The notes under the pieces are model-generated. The model saw nothing but the letters and a program-made list of their open reading frames with translations, ran no database searches and was not told the origin of the DNA. Positions 9,121 to 16,004 of a stretch of 32,923 nucleotides of DNA are shown piece by piece. Origin of the DNA: Calditrichota bacterium (GTDB lineage Bacteria; Zixibacteria; MSB-5A5; GN15; FEB-12); contig QQUK01000150.1 in NCBI GenBank assembly GCA_008501655.1, positions 1-32,923 on the forward strand, read 5' to 3'. Positions within the stretch are counted from its first letter, which is position 1. The number at the start of each line of letters is the position of its first letter. Both the position numbers and the translations under genes were made by a program.

Positions 9121-10009
9121 TATTTATATCGAGCAGGTAGCGGATTAAGCGTTCATACAGATCCGAGTTAACCTGATCCTCTTCTCCGGCATTAATAGTC
9201 GGATTATCATTTACTTCGATTACAATAAATCCGTTATCGGTCTGTTTTAAGTCAACACCGTACAAGCCGGTGCCAATAGAACCGGTAGCTTTGAGTGCAC
9301 ATTCCAATAACCCTTCTGGTGCTTTATCAATCGGTATTCCTTTCACAGGACCATCAACAGTCCGTCCATCTGACAAATGAGTCAGTATCTTCCAGTGTTT
9401 TTTTGGTATCGTATATTGACAGACATATAACACTTCATCATTTAAGATACCGACACGCCAGTCAAAGGCGGATTTCACAAATCTCTGAGCAACGATTCTA
9501 TCCGCTCTTCGGACAAACCGTTTAGCAACTTTAACAAACTCATCAACTGTCGAGGCTTTTTCGACATACCGTGAAAAACTACTGTTTGGTGCTTTCAGAA
9601 TAATCGGTTTACCGAGAATAGCAAACAGCTCCTTTGCTTTTTCAACCGTAATCTCTTCACGGCCAATAACCCGCGTATCAGGAATCGGGACATCATGAGT
9701 TATCAGATGCTCGTACATGTTCACTTTGTCACAGCAGATCCTGATTGAATCAGGGTCATCAATTACTTTGACATTATGCATTTCAGCCGTTCTTGCGGCA
9801 ACATATGCGGAGTTCAACGGATCGGTTAGAGCCCGAATATAAAGTGCATCATATTCCGGAATTTTGTACATATCAGCCCGAAACAAAAAATCAACCCGGT
9901 GACCAAGCTTTCGGGCTACCTGACTCAAACGCATAAGTGCGTTCATCTCTTCCGATGATGAAATCGTATACCGTTCGACATAAATCCCTAACTGTCCCAT
10001 ACGACACAT
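9110..10009 (-). CDS. RimK-family ATP-grasp amidoligase
   Basis: DALYIRALTD, VIDDPDSIRICCDKV, ILKAPNSSFSRYV, IVAQRFV and GVDLKQTDNGFIVIEVNDNP (E-x-N Mg/ATP site) follow the RimK/alpha-L-glutamate ligase pattern. Confidence 0.8.
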   Translation of the reverse strand: MCRMGQLGIYVERYTISSSEEMNALMRLSQVARKLGHRVDFLFRADMYKIPEYDALYIRALTDPLNSAYVAARTAEMHNVKVIDDPDSIRICCDKVNMYEHLITHDVPIPDTRVIGREEITVEKAKELFAILGKPIILKAPNSSFSRYVEKASTVDEFVKVAKRFVRRADRIVAQRFVKSAFDWRVGILNDEVLYVCQYTIPKKHWKILTHLSDGRTVDGPVKGIPIDKAPEGLLECALKATGSIGTGLYGVDLKQTDNGFIVIEVNDNPTINAGEEDQVNSDLYERLIRYLLDINNEK

Positions 10010-10647
10010 CCTTTCAAATGCTTGAGTTCGGTCTTGGTCAGATCTTTAATAAAAAGCGGAGCAATATCACTAAGCAGATATTTTTCATCAGCTGTGATAA
10101 TGACCCTGACTCTGGCAAGCGGGATTGAAAAAACCTCCCAGACATTCCTGGAAAATTCCTGAAACTGTATTTGTGATGACCAGCCCAGTACCGAATTGAA
10201 ATATTTAATTTTACAACCTTCGGTTAACTCCTGGCAACAGACAGCATAGGTATAGTTTCTCGTTAAAGACTTAGCGATACTTTTTACCCGACCGCTTTTA
10301 TAGACGATCTTCCCTTTTAACGTAAACGGATTAATCGGGTCAACAATCACAGGTGGTTCGAAATAACCATTACTCAGATAATACTCAGCAACCGGAAGAC
10401 CGGCGATTTTTGCTTTTTCCAGAAACAGAGGTGGGACGTAAGCATCAAGCATATCTTTACAAGTCGGTTTTATCGGCTGACCGCGATGTTCATAGTCCTG
10501 GGAGAGGTAATATCCCTCGCTCAAATAATCATAATCTCCGGAGAGATTTATTAACTGATTACCTGTTTCTGATTTCTTTATCAGAGCAGATTGAAGCCTT
10601 GATTCTACGCTGCTCTGGTTTGGTTTTGAAGTGACCATTTTTCTCAA
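9988..10647 (-). CDS. RimK-like ATP-grasp N-terminal (RLAN) domain protein
   Basis: YDYLSEGYYLSQDYEHRGQPIKPTCKDMLD and FSIPLARVRVI...LSDIAPLFIKDLTKTE resemble the RLAN domain, which is normally fused N-terminally to RimK-like ATP-grasps. It overlaps the ATP-grasp ORF by 22 nt. Confidence 0.6.
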   Translation of the reverse strand: MRKMVTSKPNQSSVESRLQSALIKKSETGNQLINLSGDYDYLSEGYYLSQDYEHRGQPIKPTCKDMLDAYVPPLFLEKAKIAGLPVAEYYLSNGYFEPPVIVDPINPFTLKGKIVYKSGRVKSIAKSLTRNYTYAVCCQELTEGCKIKYFNSVLGWSSQIQFQEFSRNVWEVFSIPLARVRVIITADEKYLLSDIAPLFIKDLTKTELKHLKGCVVWDS

Positions 10648-10853
10648 ATTTAAAAGTTAGTATCCTACCCGGTATTCCAAACCCGGAAAACTGCAAATCG
10701 AAATATACCTGACAACAAGATATGTGCAAAGGGAATTATTCTACTTTTGAAGAATTCTTAGAAATAAACCGAGTAAAACTCCCGGTACTTTCTACCGATA
10801 ATATGATAAGATAAGAATAGATAATGTGAACTATAATATTATTGAGGTCTGCA

Positions 10854-11282
10854 ATGTCGGAACACTTATATTGGAATGAAATCTACAAAACCGGCGTGGA
10901 GAAAATAGATCGTCAACACCGAAAACTCTTTGATCTGTTCGAACGACTCAGGCAATCACTTAAATTTGGGTTGAATAATCCAATTGTCGGAGCAACGATA
11001 AAAGACCTGGTAGAATATACTCAAGAACATTTTGCGGATGAAGAGGAAATTCAAAAACAGATTAATTTTGAAGAATACAAGCGACACCAAAAACTGCATC
11101 GAGACTTGTTGAATGAAATGGCACAGATACTGCTCAAACTCAAGAATAATGAACAGTTTAATGCAATGGATTTGCTTAACTTTTTAAAGCATTGGATCCA
11201 GGATCACATCCTAAAAGAAGATCTTAAAATCGGTGAAGCATACAAAAAGACTGTAGATTCTGCAGCATCTATAAATAACTAA
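10854..11282 (+). CDS. Hemerythrin-like di-iron protein (bacteriohemerythrin)
   Basis: W.E.YKTGVEKIDRQHRKLF, HFADEE, HQKLH and HWIQDHILKED give the His/Glu/Asp di-iron ligand pattern. I prefer the ATG at 10854 over the TTG at 10842 used by the ORF track. Confidence 0.85.
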   Translation: MSEHLYWNEIYKTGVEKIDRQHRKLFDLFERLRQSLKFGLNNPIVGATIKDLVEYTQEHFADEEEIQKQINFEEYKRHQKLHRDLLNEMAQILLKLKNNEQFNAMDLLNFLKHWIQDHILKEDLKIGEAYKKTVDSAASINN

Positions 11283-11349
11283 ATGAATGATTTAAACGTA
11301 TTTACTTCGTCAAATTCTTTCATCTAATCTCATATATTTATCCGATACA

Positions 11350-11856
11350 TCACCTTTTACCGCCGCTACCTTGATTCCTTCCCTGCCCACGGCCACGGTT
11401 AATTCCTATACCTTGTCCCCGTCCAATTCCCCGACCCTGTCCGGTTCTGAAACCTTGATCTTGTACCGAGACATCTTTTTCATTATGATCCTGATGTTGT
11501 CCATGACCACGACATGCTTTTGACGGATCGATGTCAAGAGTTTTACCGTTTTGCAAATCAGCAATCGCCTGTTGGACAGACTCAGATTCAGAGATTTTTG
11601 TTTCAATTCCTTCGGCGTTAAGAGCTTCAACCGCCCTTCTTCCCATTCCATTACAGAGAACTGTATCAATTTTGTATATACATAATTGATTCATCGGATG
11701 ACACGTCCCGTGAGAATGATGGGAGTTTCTATTTTCAATCACCTGCACCTCTTCGGTATCAGTATTATATAATGTAAAAAACGGTGATGAACCAAAATGT
11801 CCAAACAATCTGGAATTAAGCCCTTCACCACTACTTGTTGGAATACATACTAACAT
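11350..11856 (-). CDS. NifB/NifX-like (Nitro_FeMo-Co domain) protein with a C-terminal G/R/Q-rich tail
   Basis: HFGSSPFFTLY and CNGMGRRAVEALNAEGIE blocks of the NifX-like fold, with His-rich loops (NSHHSHGTCHP, GHGQHQDHN). The last ~35 aa read GQGRGIGRGQGIGINRGRGQGRNQGSGGKR. The ATG at 11856 starts 1 nt after the DUF134 stop; a GTG at 11868 is an alternative. Confidence 0.72.
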   Translation of the reverse strand: MLVCIPTSSGEGLNSRLFGHFGSSPFFTLYNTDTEEVQVIENRNSHHSHGTCHPMNQLCIYKIDTVLCNGMGRRAVEALNAEGIETKISESESVQQAIADLQNGKTLDIDPSKACRGHGQHQDHNEKDVSVQDQGFRTGQGRGIGRGQGIGINRGRGQGRNQGSGGKR

Positions 11857-11857
11857 A

Positions 11858-12148
11858 TTATTTCTCACTTTCTTCTAACTTTATGAGGATTGCCGAATTT
11901 GTAAGCATTGCATCTATAAGCTGACTGCGTCCGGCTTGTAAAAGTCTTTGAATAGTTCCCCTGGAAATGCCCATAATATCACCTGCTTCCGTTTGATCAT
12001 ACCCCTGATGGTCGACTAAGCGCATCGCCTCAAACTGATCAAGCGGAATTTCAACCTCACCAATCGTTCTCATCGGTATACCCTGCGGTTTATAAACCCT
12101 GTTTTCGCGGTATCGCCGGCAATATCTTTTTTTGTGCGGTCGGGGCAT
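11858..12148 (-). CDS. DUF134/UPF0251-family HTH DNA-binding protein
   Basis: MPRPHKKR...YKPQGIP...LDQFEAMRLVDHQGYDQTEAGDIMGISRGTIQRLLQAGR is the DUF134 pattern with a sigma-70 region-4-like HTH. This family is a frequent operon partner of NifX-like proteins. An AAGGA RBS is present. Confidence 0.8.
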   Translation of the reverse strand: MPRPHKKRYCRRYRENRVYKPQGIPMRTIGEVEIPLDQFEAMRLVDHQGYDQTEAGDIMGISRGTIQRLLQAGRSQLIDAMLTNSAILIKLEESEK

Positions 12149-12169
12149 CGTTAATTTCCTTAATTATTT

Positions 12170-12185
12170 ATGTGCATATGCACAT
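12170..12185. promoter_or_regulatory. Perfect 16-bp palindrome ATGTGCATATGCACAT; candidate operator
   Basis: Read directly from the sequence. It lies 22 nt upstream of the DUF134 start codon, in the divergent intergenic region shared with the metal-efflux operon. Confidence 0.4.
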
Positions 12186-12413
12186 TACTAATATCGGGAA
12201 ATTCCTCATTACTGTCAAGACTTGATATATCAAAATAGAGATAAATATTGAAATCCGGGGTAAAAAACATTTACCACATATTCATAAAACATTGATTTAC
12301 AAGAAGATAGTATATTTATTTGCTATTATTTTTACTAAAAAGCTATGATTTGGAACTGAATCGGCCGATAATTGTTGAAAAGATAACAAAATATGATATA
12401 TTAAATATGGTTT

Positions 12414-12806
12414 ATGATAAAATTTAGAATTTATACATTATTGGTTGTGGCATTGCTTTTAGTGGCAAGCCCATGGTTAACAACGCCGGAGGTTAACGCT
12501 TCTGAAGTTATGGAATCCTGCAGTTGTTGTGATGGTCCATGTCAAGGATGTTGTGCACAACCGATCGAAAAGACAAAAGAAACTACCCGCGACTGCAATT
12601 GCAAACTTTCCGATATACCTGTTATCCCCAATCAGCCAGTTGAAGTTGTCGATACTCGTTCAGACTTTCAGTTAAATAAAGATATAGCAACTGATAAAGA
12701 GTTGGTATACTATCAACCCCAGGTTTATCATTATGCAGCTCCTTCAGGAGTTTCGCCACCGGATGATTTTTCACCTCCACTCTATGTCATCAACGCTTCT
12801 TTTTAA
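12414..12806 (+). CDS. Secreted Cys-cluster protein; putative periplasmic thiophilic-metal binder
   Basis: Signal peptide MIKFRIYTLLVVALLLVASPWLTTPEVNA, then CSCCDGPCQGCC...CNC (8 Cys within ~30 residues). It is the first ORF of the cus-like operon. Confidence 0.6.
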   Translation: MIKFRIYTLLVVALLLVASPWLTTPEVNASEVMESCSCCDGPCQGCCAQPIEKTKETTRDCNCKLSDIPVIPNQPVEVVDTRSDFQLNKDIATDKELVYYQPQVYHYAAPSGVSPPDDFSPPLYVINASF

Positions 12807-12886
12807 TTTAATATCTCTCTTTGATACTATCTAAAGTATCACCGTCCAATTAATCTAATTATCATTTGAAATGGAGAATAATTGCT

Positions 12887-14146
12887 ATGAAAATTTCATG
12901 GCTGGTTCTTCCTGTTACGCTCCTATTTTTGATAACATTTCAAAATAGCAATGCACAACAGGTGGTTCTGGATTCACTGATAGATATTGCTTTAAAAAAC
13001 AATCCGGAGATAAAAGCTTCCGAGAGCATGAGTAAGTCGTTTGCATATAAATCTCACGCCTCCGGTTCTCTCCCCGACCCGAGCATCAATGTAGGTTTAC
13101 TGAATCTTCCGGTAAATTCCTTCGCATTTGATGAAACCCCGATGTCCGGAATAAATATAGGCATATCTCAAAAAATACCCTGGCTGGGTAAATTGAGTAA
13201 CGAAAGAAAACTTGCAGACATAAATACGCAGATTTCTGAAACTCAAACAAATATATTAAAAAATCAGATAATAAAGAATGTTACTGATGCCTATGCTGAA
13301 TATTCATTCTTTGCTTTATCTATACCTATTATTGAGGATTTTCTGGATTTATTAGAAGCAACCAGAAATACTTCGGAAATCAAATACGCCAACGGTGATG
13401 CTCCTGCTCAGGATATGCTTCGGATTAGTTCGCTGTATTCCCGAGTGAAAGTTAAATTGCTGAACATAAAACAAAATAAGTACAAGTCTCTGGTAAAGCT
13501 GAGACAATTAGCAAATGACTTTTTACTCCCTGAAAACCTTACTCCGACACTTGCTGAGCCATATGAAGATACAGAATCTCTAATCACTATCGATAAAAGT
13601 CCGTATCTGTACAAATCTTCATTAGGTGTTGAGTTTTCGAAGTATAACAAAAAAATATCACACAACAACTATTACCCTGATTTTGTATTGGGAGTTGATT
13701 ATCGGCTACGGGAACATGTCACCGGTGACCCGGTAAAAGGAGCTGACTTTCTTTCTTTTAAAGTCGGATTTACACTCCCTCTCTGGTTTAACAAAAAACA
13801 GGATAATAAACTCAGAGCAGCCAATCAGATGATAATCAGTTCAAAGGAACAGGAAAACTCTGTACGAAACTTATTGCTTGCCCGCTCAACTGAACTTGAA
13901 TCACAACTTGATACTGAAATGAAAAGTATCCGGGAATATGACAACTCAATTATTCCGGAAGCAAATGCTGCTGCTGAATCAGCCGAAATTGCCTATGAAG
14001 TTGGGCAAGTTGATTTTAATGCGTTGTTAGCAGCCCAAAAAGAACTATTTGAAATCAAAATTGAACGCCTGAACTTACTAAAACAATATCACCAATCAAA
14101 AGCTGCTTTGACAGAAGTAGCTGGAACATCATATGAAAGAGAATAA
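12887..14146 (+). CDS. TolC-family outer-membrane efflux channel (CusC/CzcC-like)
   Basis: Signal peptide ending SNA-QQ, with OEP-type repeat structure and operon context next to the MFP and RND genes. I prefer the ATG at 12887, which has GGAG 10 nt upstream, over the TTG at 12866. Confidence 0.82.
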   Translation: MKISWLVLPVTLLFLITFQNSNAQQVVLDSLIDIALKNNPEIKASESMSKSFAYKSHASGSLPDPSINVGLLNLPVNSFAFDETPMSGINIGISQKIPWLGKLSNERKLADINTQISETQTNILKNQIIKNVTDAYAEYSFFALSIPIIEDFLDLLEATRNTSEIKYANGDAPAQDMLRISSLYSRVKVKLLNIKQNKYKSLVKLRQLANDFLLPENLTPTLAEPYEDTESLITIDKSPYLYKSSLGVEFSKYNKKISHNNYYPDFVLGVDYRLREHVTGDPVKGADFLSFKVGFTLPLWFNKKQDNKLRAANQMIISSKEQENSVRNLLLARSTELESQLDTEMKSIREYDNSIIPEANAAAESAEIAYEVGQVDFNALLAAQKELFEIKIERLNLLKQYHQSKAALTEVAGTSYERE

Positions 14147-16004
14147 GATGAAAACAATAATGATAGCAGTACTATGTCTCGGACTAGGTTTTACTGCAGC
14201 CTACTTTGTTTTGCCAACTTCGAATGCTGCTGAATTCACATCTGAACAATCTGAAGTTCAACTCTACACCTGCGGTATGCATCCTGATATAATCAGTGAT
14301 AAACCGGGGATCTGCCCTATTTGTAATATGAAGCTGACTCCAAAAAGAGACAGTGGTTCAGAAACCGGAACGGTAAAAATAAATCCGGCAACAAAACAGA
14401 ATATGGGTCTGGTGACTACAGCTGTTGCAAAATATAATCTACAAAAATCTGTAAGTGCATTTGGAAAAGTTGTCGTACCCGATCCAAATCATTATAAAGT
14501 TACAATCAAAACAAAAGGATGGGTGGAAAAACTGTTTGTCTCGGAAGTCGGTGAACAGGTCTTTAAAAATCAGCCTCTTTTTGAAATCTATTCTCCGGAG
14601 ATTGTCACCGCCCAAAAAGAACTACTTGTTGCACTGGCAAAACCGGAAAATCAATCGATGCAGAGATTAGCTGAAACAGTTCGTCAAAGATTAAAAAACT
14701 GGGATATATCCGATGAGCAGATAGCAGAAATTGAACGAACCGGTGAAATCTCGCGCACAATGATTATTCGCTCTCCGGCAAATGGCTTTGTACAAAATAA
14801 AAATATAAATGACGGTAATAGAGTTGACCCGAATTCTGTTCTGTTTGACATCGTTGATATCTCTTCAGTATGGGTAGAAGCTCAGGTTTACGAACAGGAT
14901 ATCCCGCATATTACCCTAAAACAATCGGGACAGATTGTAATTCCAGGTTTACCGGGGAAACAGATTGAAGGGAAAATTTCCTATATCTCCCCGATTATAG
15001 ATAAAAACGGACAGCTTGAAATAAGACTCACGATTCAAAACGGAGATTTCTTACTAAAGCCGGAAATGTATGCTGAAGTTACTCTTGGTCAATCTGATGT
15101 AAATTCGGTTCTTGCAATTCCACGAAAAGCAGTTATCAACTCAGGTAAACGGCAACTTGTCTATATAGCTGACAGTGAAAATTCATACAAAGCTCGTGAA
15201 ATTAATACAGGTGTTGTTGGAATGAACGACATGGTGGCAGTTAAAAGCGGGCTTGCTAAAGGTGACAATGTAGTTACTTCAGGACAATTTTTAATTGATA
15301 GTGAGTCACGCCTGAGTGAATCTATCAGCAGTTCAGAGATGCATAACCATTCTGCAAGTACAAAAACTTCTGATGACCACAAATCACATTCACAAATGGC
15401 AAACAGTGAAGCGACTGAAAACAAAGCTAAGATGTCAATCGATACCGAAAAGACAGACCCTTATGATATCCATACCTGCCCGATGGAATCACACAGTCAT
15501 ATTCTGAACTATGGACCGGGTGAATGTGCTGACTGCGGAATGAATTTAGTGCCAATTACTGAAACGAAACATGCACCTGTTTTCGTCTGTCCGATGCCGA
15601 GTTGCGGTACCGTTTCGCAGGAATCGGGTGTTTGTCCAAAATGTAATATGAAACTCATCGAATATAAACCTGAAAGCTACACATCACATGAACATTCAAA
15701 AGATAGTAATACTTCTGCGAAGCAACCAGGAAAATCAGCTACCAAGGACTCTACAGCTGCTGTCAATACAGATCCGTATAATATCCATACCTGTCCGATG
15801 GCGTCCCATAGTCATATCCTGAACTATGGTCCCGGCAAATGTGCCGACTGCGGGATGAATCTAGTACCGATTTCCGAAACAGAACATGCACCAGTTTTCG
15901 TCTGTCCCATGCCGAGTTGCGGTACCGTTTCACAGGAACCGGGTGTATGTCCAAAATGTAACATGAAATTGATTGAGTACAAACCGGGAGCTTCGAATGA
16001 TTGA
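14133..16004 (+). CDS. RND efflux periplasmic adaptor (CusB/CzcB-like) with five heavy-metal-binding CxxC modules
   Basis: The core carries the MFP barrel-sandwich/beta-barrel blocks (VTTAVA..., FEIYSPEIVTAQKELL, VWVEAQVYEQDI, VVTSGQFLIDSES). The N-terminal module is YTCGMHPDIISDKPGICPICNMKLTP (14265-14342), and four more modules sit in the C-terminal extension. An alternative start is the ATG at 14148. Confidence 0.85.
   Translation: MKENKMKTIMIAVLCLGLGFTAAYFVLPTSNAAEFTSEQSEVQLYTCGMHPDIISDKPGICPICNMKLTPKRDSGSETGTVKINPATKQNMGLVTTAVAKYNLQKSVSAFGKVVVPDPNHYKVTIKTKGWVEKLFVSEVGEQVFKNQPLFEIYSPEIVTAQKELLVALAKPENQSMQRLAETVRQRLKNWDISDEQIAEIERTGEISRTMIIRSPANGFVQNKNINDGNRVDPNSVLFDIVDISSVWVEAQVYEQDIPHITLKQSGQIVIPGLPGKQIEGKISYISPIIDKNGQLEIRLTIQNGDFLLKPEMYAEVTLGQSDVNSVLAIPRKAVINSGKRQLVYIADSENSYKAREINTGVVGMNDMVAVKSGLAKGDNVVTSGQFLIDSESRLSESISSSEMHNHSASTKTSDDHKSHSQMANSEATENKAKMSIDTEKTDPYDIHTCPMESHSHILNYGPGECADCGMNLVPITETKHAPVFVCPMPSCGTVSQESGVCPKCNMKLIEYKPESYTSHEHSKDSNTSAKQPGKSATKDSTAAVNTDPYNIHTCPMASHSHILNYGPGKCADCGMNLVPISETEHAPVFVCPMPSCGTVSQEPGVCPKCNMKLIEYKPGASND
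15456..15986 (+). repeat. In-frame tandem duplication (2 x 216 nt, 315-nt period) inside the adaptor gene
   Basis: Unit 1 is 15456-15671 and unit 2 is 15771-15986. Each encodes DPY(D/N)IHTCPM.SHSHILNYGPG.CADCGMNLVPI.ET.HAPVFVCPMPSCGTVSQE.GVCPKCNMKLIEYKP. Confidence 0.9.

Noticed and set aside
11406-11669. 87-aa same-strand alternative-frame ORF inside the NifX-like gene
   Set aside because: The main frame carries the recognisable NifX-like blocks, and the alternative frame has no motif or RBS.
12222-12233. 12-bp palindrome TTGATATATCAA in the cus/DUF134 intergenic region
   Set aside because: It is short, purely AT-rich apart from the ends, and expected by chance in this composition. The 16-bp palindrome nearby is the stronger operator candidate.
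15456-15986. The nucleotide-level repeat in cusB considered as a CRISPR-like array, mobile repeat or assembly duplication
   Set aside because: There are only two units, both in frame within one ORF, encoding metal-binding modules. The 25 synonymous differences rule out an assembly collapse or expansion artefact.
15973-15996. Upstream non-ATG or extended starts used by the ORF track (15973 for cusA; also 10842, 12866, 19304 and 23577)
   Set aside because: In each case a downstream in-frame ATG gives the canonical family N-terminus or signal peptide and a better position relative to an RBS or the upstream stop.
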